Shown here: positions 25,677 through 34,591 of the stretch, in pieces | Numbering within the stretch: the first letter of the stretch is position 1 | How the letters are laid out: the number at the start of each line of letters is the position of its first letter | NCBI RefSeq assembly: GCF_021246445.1 | Contig: NZ_JAJQXW010000001.1 | Location: 744,001-808,000, forward strand | DNA length: 64,000 nucleotides | Reading direction: 5' to 3' | Source of the DNA: Rhabdothermincola salaria | GTDB taxonomy: Bacteria > Actinomycetota > Acidimicrobiia > Acidimicrobiales > Acidimicrobilacustridaceae | Notes under the pieces: model-generated | Seen by the model: only the letters and a program-made list of their open reading frames with translations | Database searches by the model: none | What the model was told of the DNA's origin: nothing | Translations under genes and position numbers: made by a program

Positions 25677-26870
25677 CTAGTGTTCGGTGTCGAGCACCGG
25701 GGTGGGCCCGTCGAGCAGGTCGAAACGGATGCCTCGGGCGATGAGGCGGTCGGTGAGGGCGGCCCCCATGGCGACGGCCGTGGTCGTCTGACCGACCACG
25801 TGGGGGAGGTCGTCGAACGCCAGGCACAGGGCGGCCTCGGCCAGCATCCGGGAGGTCTCGTCGTAGCCGGGATCGCCTCCGCGCACCGCAGTCGTCACCT
25901 CGCGGCGGCCGTCAGAACCGTGGAAGCGCACCTCGAAGTGGCCCCGCCGGCGTTGTTCGGCGTCGGGGCCCGAGCCCGCCGGCACCCGAGCCTCGAGGGC
26001 CGTGCGCACCGGTGGGAGCTGGGCCAGAACGGTCAGCGCGGTGGCGCCGAGCACGGCGGCGGCGGCGAGGGGGAGGGGGCCCACCACGAGGTTGTGCGAG
26101 TAGGTGAACGACGTGCCGTAGCGGGGAAGCGCAGCCGCCGAACGAGCGACGATCCGGGGGTCGAGCGACGGGAACGGCAAGGACCAGTCGCCCTGCTCCC
26201 GCCACGGCCCGAGCCGCACCTGGACCGGTCGGTCGGGTGGGTCCTCGACGCCGCGACGTTGCCGAGCAACCCGTACCCCCTGAGGGATGCGGCCGAGGAA
26301 TCCGAGCGCCGACGCGGCGGTGCCGCCGGAGAACCTCCCGCTGGCCCGAACGTGAGCGTGCACGGTGATCGGCCGGTCCGGGTCGAGCAGGCCGACCGTG
26401 AACCAGGCCCCGAGGTCGTGGGGCACCGAGTCGAAGCCGCAGGCGTGGACGAGGCGGGCGCCGGTGCGCACGGCGGTGGCGTGGTGGCGCAGGTAGGTGG
26501 CGTCGACGAACTCGGCCTCGCCGGTGAGGTCCACGTAGTCGGTGCCGGCCTGGGCGCAGGCCTCCACCACCCCATCGCCGTAGCGCAGGTACGGGCCGAC
26601 CGTGGTGGCCAGCACCATGGTGCGCTCGGCCATGGCCCGCAGGCTGGCGCGGTCGTCGACGTCGGCGATGACCAGGCCCACGTCCGCACCGTCGGGACCG
26701 AGGGCGTCACGTACCCGACCGAGCCGCTCACGGTCGCGTCCGGCCAACGCCCACCGGCACCCCCGGGGCGCCTGGGCCACGAGGCGTTCGGCGGTGAGAC
26801 CGCCCGTGAAGCCGGTGGCGCCGAAGAGCACGACGTCGAACTCCCGGGCGTTGCGGTCGCGCTGGGCCAT
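25677..26870 (-). CDS. Saccharopine dehydrogenase-like / trans-acting enoyl reductase family
   Basis: FGATGFTG, TVGPY, YVDLTGE, CGFDSVPHDLG, GDPGY. Confidence 0.9.
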   Translation of the reverse strand: MAQRDRNAREFDVVLFGATGFTGGLTAERLVAQAPRGCRWALAGRDRERLGRVRDALGPDGADVGLVIADVDDRASLRAMAERTMVLATTVGPYLRYGDGVVEACAQAGTDYVDLTGEAEFVDATYLRHHATAVRTGARLVHACGFDSVPHDLGAWFTVGLLDPDRPITVHAHVRASGRFSGGTAASALGFLGRIPQGVRVARQRRGVEDPPDRPVQVRLGPWREQGDWSLPFPSLDPRIVARSAAALPRYGTSFTYSHNLVVGPLPLAAAAVLGATALTVLAQLPPVRTALEARVPAGSGPDAEQRRRGHFEVRFHGSDGRREVTTAVRGGDPGYDETSRMLAEAALCLAFDDLPHVVGQTTTAVAMGAALTDRLIARGIRFDLLDGPTPVLDTEH

Positions 26871-27007
26871 GGGTGCCTCCTCGGACGGCTGCCAGCGCCA
26901 GTTCTAGCGTCACCGAGGCGCCACCGCGGGCTCCGGGCGAGCATCTGCGAGGTGGCTGAGCGAGCACTAGGGTCGCCGCCGTCCGAGCGCGAAGGAGTGA
27001 CGTTGTC

Positions 27008-29008
27008 GTGAGGTTCCGGGTCACCGGCCACCGGATCGTGACGGTCGTGGTGGTGGTCGTGGGGCTGGTGGCCTCGCTCCTCGGCCCCGAGCTCGCCGCC
27101 GCCCAGCCGGAACCGTCCGAGGCGCGCATCGGGGGCACCGTCCGCCTCGCCGACATCGGCCTCGGCGGCTACGAGGTGGCCCTGGTGGCCGCCGCCGATG
27201 CCGAACCGATGATCCTGGCCACGGCGACCGCCGATGGCGCAGGAGCCTTCGAGCTCGTGCTCGAGGGGAGCCCCCCGCCACGGGCGGTGCTGTACCTGGT
27301 GGCCAGCGCGCCCGACCCCCCGAGGGCATCGCTGGACCTCCGCCTCGTCAGCGTGCTCGGCGTGGGCACCGTCCCCGGCACGGCGGTGGTCAACGAGATG
27401 ACCACGGTGGCGGCCGCCTACGCCCTGGCCCGCTTCACCGCGCCGGGCACCAACGTCGTCCGGGGCCCGGACCCGGGGCTCCCGAACGCCGTGGGGATGG
27501 CCCACAACCTCGTCGATCCGTCCACCGGGGAGGCCGGCGTCGTCCTGCGCACCGCCCCGAACGGCGACGAGACCTCCACCCTGTCCACCGTCAACTCGCT
27601 CGCCAACATGGTCGTCGCCTGCGGCGACTCGGCCGCGGCATGCGGTGCGCTGCGCCGGGCCGCCACCTCTCCGGAGGGGCTCGTCCCCGCCGACACCCAC
27701 CAGGCCCTGGTGAACGTGGCTCGCGACCCGTGGAGCTCGGCCACCGAGCTCTTCGTGGTGGCCACGCGGGGGTCGGTGCCTCGCCAGCCCGCCCGGGTCG
27801 CGGCTCCCGAGGCCTGGACCGTCGCCCTGCGCTTCGCCGGTGACGGCCGCACGATGAACGGCCCGGGCAACGTCGCCGTCGACCACGAGGGCAACCTCTA
27901 CGTCGGCAACAGCTACGAGTACTCCCCGGACCCGACCGAACCGGTGTGCGCCGGCGAGGCGCTGCTGAAGTTCTCGCCGGACGGGCGCCACGTGCCCAGC
28001 TCCCCCTTCACGGGCGGCGGTCTGAACGGACCCGGTCACGGCGTCACCATCGACCCCTTCGGTGACGTGTGGGTGGGCAACTACGGCGCTGCCGCGCCGG
28101 GTTGCACCCAGGGGGATCAGCCCTCCCACGACAGCGTGTCCCGTTTCACCCTGGAGGGCACCGCGGTGTCGCCGCCTCGTGGCTACACCCAGGGGTCGGT
28201 CGACTGGCCCCAGGGCACGGGGGCAGACGATCGAGGCTCGATCTGGATCGCCAACTGCGGGTCCGACAGCGTGACCCTCTACTCGATGGGCGATCCCACC
28301 CGGCCGCGTACCCTCACCGACCTGGGCGTGAGCCAGCCCTTCGACGTGGCCTTCGACGACGAGGGCAACGCGTTCATCACCGGTGTCGGGAGCAGCAGCG
28401 TGGCCGTGCTCGATCCCGATGGACGACCCCGGCCCGGTTCCCCGCTCACCGGCGACGTGTTCAACCGGCCGATGGGCATCGCCGCCGACCAGGCCGGCAA
28501 CCAGTGGGTGGCCAACTCCGGGTTCGTGGAGCCCCCCTGCCCGGGGCGGGCCGGCACCGACGGCACCAAGGGATCCGTCGCGCTCATCAGTGCCGAGGGC
28601 GAGCCGGTGGCCGCGTTCGAGGGCGGTGGCCTGACCATCCCGTGGGGCATCGCCGTCGACGGTGACGACAACGTCTGGATCTCGAACTTCGCCGGCAAAC
28701 GCATCTCCCAGTTCTGCGGGGTGCCCGCCACCGACTGCCGCCCGGGTGGGTCGGTCGGGTCGGCCATCTCCCCGGACGCCGGCTACGGCTTCGACGGGCT
28801 CACTCGATCCTCGGCAGTGGCGATCGACCCCTCCGGCAACGTGTGGGCCACGAACCACTGGAAGGAGATCCCGGTGCCCACCAACCCGGGTGGCTACCAG
28901 ATCGTCGCCTACGTCGGCCTCGCCGCCCCGGTGCAACCCGCCGTGCCCCGAGCCCGACCGGCCGCCCCGGCGGTCGCCGTTGTCGCCCTGCCCACCTTCA
29001 CCGGTTGA
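27008..29008 (+). CDS. Secreted NHL-repeat (beta-propeller) protein
   Basis: Signal peptide ending AAA-Q; repeated P.G(I/V)A(V/I)D..GNVW(V/I).N units; ends ...VALPTFTG. Confidence 0.82.
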   Translation: MRFRVTGHRIVTVVVVVVGLVASLLGPELAAAQPEPSEARIGGTVRLADIGLGGYEVALVAAADAEPMILATATADGAGAFELVLEGSPPPRAVLYLVASAPDPPRASLDLRLVSVLGVGTVPGTAVVNEMTTVAAAYALARFTAPGTNVVRGPDPGLPNAVGMAHNLVDPSTGEAGVVLRTAPNGDETSTLSTVNSLANMVVACGDSAAACGALRRAATSPEGLVPADTHQALVNVARDPWSSATELFVVATRGSVPRQPARVAAPEAWTVALRFAGDGRTMNGPGNVAVDHEGNLYVGNSYEYSPDPTEPVCAGEALLKFSPDGRHVPSSPFTGGGLNGPGHGVTIDPFGDVWVGNYGAAAPGCTQGDQPSHDSVSRFTLEGTAVSPPRGYTQGSVDWPQGTGADDRGSIWIANCGSDSVTLYSMGDPTRPRTLTDLGVSQPFDVAFDDEGNAFITGVGSSSVAVLDPDGRPRPGSPLTGDVFNRPMGIAADQAGNQWVANSGFVEPPCPGRAGTDGTKGSVALISAEGEPVAAFEGGGLTIPWGIAVDGDDNVWISNFAGKRISQFCGVPATDCRPGGSVGSAISPDAGYGFDGLTRSSAVAIDPSGNVWATNHWKEIPVPTNPGGYQIVAYVGLAAPVQPAVPRARPAAPAVAVVALPTFTG

Positions 29009-29107
29009 GCCGCCCCCGTCGGCTACGTTGCCGCTGGGTTCCGGGTCCGCCTTCTGGGAGGTAGCGCCATCAACGTCCTCGCCGCGGCCGCCTCCGCCAG
29101 CGACCTC

Positions 29108-30454
29108 ATGGCCGCTCGCCAGCAGATGGCGTTCACCCTGGGGTTCCACATCGTGCTCGCCTGCCTCGGCGTGTCGTTCCCGGCCATCGCGCTCATCGCC
29201 AACTACCGCGGCATCCGCCACGGCGACGCCGAGGCCATGTTGCTGGCGCGCCGGTGGGCCAAGGCCATGGCGGTGCTCTTCGCCGTGGGGGCCGTCACGG
29301 GCACGCTGCTGTCGTTCGAGCTGGGCCTGCTCTGGCCCGGTCTCTTCGAGCAGTTCGGTGACGCCTTCGGTCTGCCGTTCGGCTACGAGGGCCTCTTCTT
29401 CTTCACCGAGGCCATCTTCATCGCCATCTACATCTACGGCTTCGACCGCCTCTCGCCCTGGAAGCACTTCCTGTCGGGCATCCCCATCGTGCTGGCGGGC
29501 ATCGGCGGCACCTTCTCCGTGGTGGCCGCCAACGCCTGGATGAACCAGCCGGGAGGCTTCGAGATCGGCGCCGATGGTCGCCTCTCGGAGGTCAACCTCT
29601 TCGGGGTCCTCTTCAACGACGGCGTCTGGCACCAGGTACCGCACATGTTGCTGGCCGCCTACATCGTGAGCGGGTTCGGTGTGGCCTCGGTCTACGCCTT
29701 CGCGATGCTGAAGGGACGGCGCGACCGGTACCACAAGGTGGGCCTGCTCATCCCGCTCACCGTGGCGGCCATCGCCATGCCGCTGCAGATGTTCGTCGGA
29801 GACTTCGCCGCCCGCCAGGTGTTCGACAACCAGCCCGTCAAGTTCGCGGCCATGGAGATGGTGCCGACGACCTCCACCGACGTCCCCGAGATCTTGCTCG
29901 GCCGCTACGTCGACGGGGAGGTCGAAGGCGGCATCCGCATCCCCGGCCTGGCCTCGCTGCTGTCGGGGTTCAGCACCGACACCGAGATCCAGGGCCTCGA
30001 CACCGTCCCGCCCGAGGACCGCCCGCCCGTCACCATCGTGCACTGGGCGTTCGACGTGATGGTGGGCATCGGCACCGCGCTCTTCGGCCTGGCGGTCTGG
30101 TTCGGGTTCGTGTGGTGGCGCAAACGTCGGATCCCGAACACCGACTGGTTCCTGCGGGCGGTGGCCGTCTCAGGTATCGCCGCCGTGGTCGCGACCTGGG
30201 CGGGGTGGGTGGTCACCGAGGTCGGCCGCCAGCCGTGGGTGGTCTACGGCTACCTGCGCACCGAGGACGCCGTCACCTCCCAGGGCGGCCTCTGGTACTG
30301 GTTCGCCGGCATCGTCGGCATCTACACGCTGCTCGGGGTCACCGCCGTCGTCGTGCTGCGACGCATGGCCCGACGCTGGCGCGAGGAGGCGGCGGTCGGC
30401 TCGCCCTACGGCCCCGACGTGCACGACGAGAAGACCCCCGAAGGGGCGTCGTGA
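29108..30454 (+). CDS. cydA: Cytochrome bd ubiquinol oxidase subunit I
   Basis: ARQQMAFTLGFH, FELGLLWP, NAWMNQP, QPVKFAAME, GWVVTEVGRQPW; start may be ATC at 29069. Confidence 0.95.
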   Translation: MAARQQMAFTLGFHIVLACLGVSFPAIALIANYRGIRHGDAEAMLLARRWAKAMAVLFAVGAVTGTLLSFELGLLWPGLFEQFGDAFGLPFGYEGLFFFTEAIFIAIYIYGFDRLSPWKHFLSGIPIVLAGIGGTFSVVAANAWMNQPGGFEIGADGRLSEVNLFGVLFNDGVWHQVPHMLLAAYIVSGFGVASVYAFAMLKGRRDRYHKVGLLIPLTVAAIAMPLQMFVGDFAARQVFDNQPVKFAAMEMVPTTSTDVPEILLGRYVDGEVEGGIRIPGLASLLSGFSTDTEIQGLDTVPPEDRPPVTIVHWAFDVMVGIGTALFGLAVWFGFVWWRKRRIPNTDWFLRAVAVSGIAAVVATWAGWVVTEVGRQPWVVYGYLRTEDAVTSQGGLWYWFAGIVGIYTLLGVTAVVVLRRMARRWREEAAVGSPYGPDVHDEKTPEGAS

Positions 30455-31494
30455 ACCTCGCCGACCTCGTCGCCCTCGTCCTCTGGCTCGGCGTCAGCGC
30501 CTACGCGGTGCTGGGCGGGGCCGACTTCGGCAGCGGCTTCTGGGACCTCACCGCAGGAGGGGCCCAACGCGGTGCCCGGCCGCGGGCCCTCGTCGACCTG
30601 GCCATCGGCTCGGTGTGGGAGGCCAACCACGTCTGGCTCATCTTCTGCCTCGTCGTGCTCTGGACGGCGTTCCCGCCGGCCTTCGTGGCCATCATGACCA
30701 CGCTCTTCGTGCCGCTCATGATCGCGGTCATCGGCATCTTGCTGCGGGGGTCGGGCTTCGCGTTCCGTCACGTCACCCGGGAGTTCGGCGCCCGGCGCGC
30801 CTTCGGCGTGGCGTTCGCGGTGTCGTCGATCGTGACCCCGTTCGCCATGGGGACCATCGCCGGCGCCATCGCCTCGGGTCGGGTGCCCCTCGACGGGTCG
30901 GGCGACCAGATGACGAGTTGGATCAACCCCACGTCCGTCTTCGCCGGGGTGCTCGCCGTCGCCACCTGTTCGTTCTTGGCCGCCACGTTCCTCGTCGACG
31001 AGGCCCGCCACCGCGACGACGCCGGTCTCGTCGAGTACTTCCGGCGCCGGGGCATCGGCGCCGGCATCGCCACCGGGGTGCTGGCCCTGGTGGGCATCGT
31101 CGTGCTGCGGGGCGACGCCGAGTGGCTCTTCGATCGTCTGGTCGGTCGGGCCCTGCCCCTGCTGATCCTGTCCGGACTCGGGGGCCTCGGCGCCATGTGG
31201 GCCCTTCACCGCCTGCGTCCGGCGCTCGCCCGGGTCCTCGCCGTGGTCGCCGTCGGAGCGGTCGTGTGGGGGTGGGGGGTGGCGCAGTACGACTACATGC
31301 TGCCTACCACGCTCACCATCGAAGAAGCCGCCGCGCCGTCGGGCACGATGTGGGCCCTCGTCGGCGTCGTGGTGCTGGCCGTGCTCATCGTCGGCCCGGC
31401 CCTGTGGCTCCTGCTCAGCCTCAGCCAGCAGAACCGCCTCGAGACCGAGGACCTGTCCGAGGTGGCCGCCGAGAACGTCCCCCACGGCCGCTGA
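30451..31494 (+). CDS. cydB: Cytochrome bd ubiquinol oxidase subunit II
   Basis: YAVLGGADFG.G, WEANHVWLI, LRGSGFAFR; GTGA overlap with cydA. Confidence 0.95.
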   Translation: MNLADLVALVLWLGVSAYAVLGGADFGSGFWDLTAGGAQRGARPRALVDLAIGSVWEANHVWLIFCLVVLWTAFPPAFVAIMTTLFVPLMIAVIGILLRGSGFAFRHVTREFGARRAFGVAFAVSSIVTPFAMGTIAGAIASGRVPLDGSGDQMTSWINPTSVFAGVLAVATCSFLAATFLVDEARHRDDAGLVEYFRRRGIGAGIATGVLALVGIVVLRGDAEWLFDRLVGRALPLLILSGLGGLGAMWALHRLRPALARVLAVVAVGAVVWGWGVAQYDYMLPTTLTIEEAAAPSGTMWALVGVVVLAVLIVGPALWLLLSLSQQNRLETEDLSEVAAENVPHGR

Positions 31495-31512
31495 CGTGCC
31501 AGCATCGGTGCC

Positions 31513-32658
31513 ATGAGCGACGCCGCGTCCCGCGCCTATGCCGCCGGTCTCCCGAACCCCGAGTTCGCCACCACGGCCCGCACCGAGCCCAAGGCGTTGT
31601 CCCAGGCCACCGTCGCCATCGTCACCACCGCCGCCATCCACCATCCCGGCGACGAGGGCTTCAGCTTCGACGACACGGGCTTCCGGGTCATCGACCAGGA
31701 TCGCCCCGAGGTCGTCATGGGGCACTGGAGCCCCAACTTCGACCACGCCGGCTTCGCCGCCGACCCCGAGGTCGTGCTGCCGCGAGCACGCCTCGCCGAG
31801 CTCGCCGACGAGGGCGTGATCGGACGGGTCGCCGCCCGCCACGTCTCCTTCGCCGGCAACCAGGAGGACACCGTCACCCGGATCCGCCTCGACTCCGGTC
31901 CGGCGGCCGGCGAGCTGCTGCGCGGCGACGGGGTCGACGTGGTGGTGCTCACCCCCGTCTGACCGCTCTGCACGCGCACCGTGTGTGTGCTCGCCCACGT
32001 CCTCGAGGCCGCCGGCCTCGCCACCGTCGCGCTCGTGTCCAACCGGGTCGTGGCCGAGAAGATGCACCCGCCGCGCGCCCTCTACGGCGAGTTCCCGCTC
32101 GGCCGACCGCTCGGCAAGCCGGGCGACCCCGCCTTCCAGCGTGACGTGCTGATGCGAGGGTTCGCCCTGCTCGACAGCCCCGAGGTGCCGGTGCTCGTCG
32201 ATCACCCCGAGGTCATCGAGATCGACGAGACGCCGCTCGCCTGTGCGCTCCCGCCCCGCTACGACACCTCGGTGCCGGCGGCCGTCGACGAGGCGCGGGC
32301 TCTGCGCCCGGCATGGGACCGCAGCCTCGACCGTCTGGGGCTCACCTCGGTCGGGCGGGTCACCGACGCCGACGGCATCCCCGATCTGGTCGGCCGGCTG
32401 GTCCGCATCGCCGAGGGCGAGCGGTGGGACGAGGTCGGCCTCCCGGGCGACCCGGTCAGCTGCGCCCACGACCTGCGCACCTACTACGAAGAGGCGGCCA
32501 TCGCCCTGGCCGACGACGTGACCGGCGGTTCCGCCGAGGTCTGGTTCTCCGAGGTCACCGAGGCCGGCCAGACGCTCCTGGCCGCCCGGCGGCGCATGAA
32601 GGAGCAGGACGCCCCGTTCGCCTTCTGGTTCTACATGGCCGCAGGCGTGCGCTCCTGA
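31513..32658 (+). CDS. PrdB/GrdB-family (glycine/betaine/D-proline reductase B-like) selenoprotein, Sec at TGA 31960-31962, 381 aa
   Basis: Track ORFs 31513-31962 and 31981-32658 are in one frame. Readthrough gives DGVDVVVLTPV-U-PLCTRTVCVLAHVLEAAGLATV (UxxC); also VAIVTTAA, DP.VVLP, EG.IG, PPRAL..FPLGRPLG. Confidence 0.85.
31970..31990 (+). promoter_or_regulatory. Candidate bacterial SECIS element
   Basis: GCACGCGCA-CCG-UGUGUGUGC: 8-9 bp stem with two G-U pairs, beginning 8 nt after the UGA. Confidence 0.55.
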
Positions 32659-32721
32659 ACAGGGAGGCGCGCCGGCGTGGGGTCACCGACCGGTCCGTCC
32701 GCAGGTGCTGGACTGGCCCCG

Positions 32722-33588
32722 ATGAGTTCCCCGCCCCAGCCCGACACCGATGCATCCGGCCCCGACCGGGCCGGGCCGAAGCGCTGGTGGCGTCGCCGCG
32801 CCGCCGCCCGCGCCGCCGCCCGGGAGACGCCCGCCTACGCGGCCTACGTGGCCCGCACCGAGGCGTATCTCGACCTCTTCGCGCTGGTCACCATCTGGCT
32901 GACGGTCGTGCCCATGACCCCGAGCCTGCGACCCGACCAGGGGTGGGGCTGGGACGTCGGTCGCATGGCGCTGTCGGTCGTCTTCGGCGTCGACCTGCTC
33001 GTCCGCTCCCGTCTCTCCGGGCAGGGATGGCGCTACGTGAGCCAGCACCCCGCGCTGAGCCTGGCCGTCATCGTCCCCCCGGTGCGCATCCTGTTCAGCC
33101 TCCGGTTGCTGCGCTCCATGTTCGCCCGCGGGAACCTGGCCCAGTTCCTCGTCGTCGCCGCGCTCTTGGTGCTCAACGGAGCCGTCATCGTCTTCGCGTT
33201 CGAGTCAGGCGCCGAGGGCTCGAACATCGAGACGATGGGCGAGGCGCTGTGGTGGACGGCCGTCACGGTGGCCACGGTCGGGTACGGCGACTTCACGCCC
33301 GTCACCGTCGGCGGGCGCCTCACCGCCACCCTGCTCATGGTGCTGGCCATCGTGGTGGCGGCGGTGGTGACCGCCCAGATCGCGTCGAACTTCAACGACC
33401 AGGCGGCCCAGTCGCGGGGTGATGAGCGGGGCCCCGCCGACGATGGCACCGACGTTCCGACCGGGCGGGCGACCCCGCTGCCGGCGATGAGCGCCGCGCA
33501 GCACGCCGAGCTCATGGCCCGGCTCGAGCGGATCGAGGGCCTGCTGCTCGACGGGCGCGGCGACGAGACGGGTCGCGACACCAGGTGA
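32722..33588 (+). CDS. Potassium channel family protein
   Basis: ALWWTAVTVATVGYGD selectivity filter; R-rich S4-like segment. Confidence 0.9.
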   Translation: MSSPPQPDTDASGPDRAGPKRWWRRRAAARAAARETPAYAAYVARTEAYLDLFALVTIWLTVVPMTPSLRPDQGWGWDVGRMALSVVFGVDLLVRSRLSGQGWRYVSQHPALSLAVIVPPVRILFSLRLLRSMFARGNLAQFLVVAALLVLNGAVIVFAFESGAEGSNIETMGEALWWTAVTVATVGYGDFTPVTVGGRLTATLLMVLAIVVAAVVTAQIASNFNDQAAQSRGDERGPADDGTDVPTGRATPLPAMSAAQHAELMARLERIEGLLLDGRGDETGRDTR

Positions 33589-34193
33589 CGTCCCCGCCGC
33601 CACTCGAGCGACGCCCGACCCGAGCCGAACTGGCGGCCTACGACGGGGCGACCGTCGACGACCTCCTGGCCGACCCGCTCCGGCTGCTGTTCGTGGGCAT
33701 CAACCCCGGGCTCTGGACGGCGGCGGTGAACGCCCACTTCGCCCGGCCCGGCAACCGCTTCTGGCCGGCCCTGCACCGCGCCGGGATCACCTCCCACGTC
33801 GTCGACGCCTCGGCCGGGCTCACTGCTGCCGATCGGCGCGTCCTGGCCGAGGCCGGGGTGGGCATCTCCAACATCGCCCCCGTGGCCACCGCCCGGGCCG
33901 ACCAGCTCAGCGCGGCGCAGCTCTCCGAGGGCGGCGATCGCCTCCGCCGGCTGGTCGCCGAGCGGGCCCCTCGGGTGGTGGCGGTGCTCGGCGTGACCGC
34001 CTATCGCCAGGCCTTCGGCCGACGCCAGGCCGCCATCGGTCGCCAGGACGACGACTTCGAGGGCGCCGAGCTCTGGGTGCTGGGCAACCCCAGTGGACTC
34101 AACGCCCACGAGACGGTCGAAACCTTGGCGACCTGGTACCGCCGGGCGGCCCAGGCCGCCGGCGTGGCGCTGCTCGACGTCGGACCCGACTGA
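33585..34193 (+). CDS. mug: Mismatch-specific uracil-DNA glycosylase
   Basis: LFVGINPG, HFARPGNRFW, NPSGLN. Confidence 0.9.
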   Translation: MTSPPPLERRPTRAELAAYDGATVDDLLADPLRLLFVGINPGLWTAAVNAHFARPGNRFWPALHRAGITSHVVDASAGLTAADRRVLAEAGVGISNIAPVATARADQLSAAQLSEGGDRLRRLVAERAPRVVAVLGVTAYRQAFGRRQAAIGRQDDDFEGAELWVLGNPSGLNAHETVETLATWYRRAAQAAGVALLDVGPD

Positions 34194-34225
34194 GGTCGGA
34201 CCGGTGATGCGCCGTCGACGTCAGC

Positions 34226-34528
34226 TCAGGCCCGGCGGTCAGAGAGCGCCCAGGAGGCCACCGCCGATGCCCCCGCGGCGCTGACCACAGCCGGCCAGGG
34301 GCCGATCTTCTTGGCCAGGGGGTGCGACGCACCGAAGGAACCCAGGTAGACCACGCCGAGCACCGAGGTGCCGACGGGTCCGGCGTGGCGGAGCCACTCT
34401 CGGCCGGCGACCGCCCCACCGAGGGCCAGCACGGCCCCACCGAGGGGACGGACCCCGGTCTCTCGGGCGACGAGGTAGCCCCCGATCAGGGAGGCGGCGA
34501 CGACGGGGGCGGTGGGGATCCGGGCCAT
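34226..34528 (-). CDS. Small conserved-looking membrane protein
   Basis: Hydrophobic; FGASHPLAKKIGPWPAV motif. Confidence 0.7.
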   Translation of the reverse strand: MARIPTAPVVAASLIGGYLVARETGVRPLGGAVLALGGAVAGREWLRHAGPVGTSVLGVVYLGSFGASHPLAKKIGPWPAVVSAAGASAVASWALSDRRA

Positions 34529-34591
34529 GGCGGCCACGGTAACCCCCAGGGCTGCCTACGATGCCCGAGCCGATCTCCGGGGGGAACCGAC

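Noticed and set aside
29006..29107. NHL gene TGA is in frame with cydA with no intervening stop (possible readthrough fusion)
   Set aside because: One-in-three frame coincidence; no Cys-type motif around the TGA, the linker codons look non-coding, and cydA has its own SD
31513..32658. Pseudogene or two-gene reading of the split ORFs (also 59177-60277)
   Set aside because: No other lesions, the stop falls exactly at the catalytic position, and the downstream halves lack SD sites. It stays the fallback if Sec machinery is absent.
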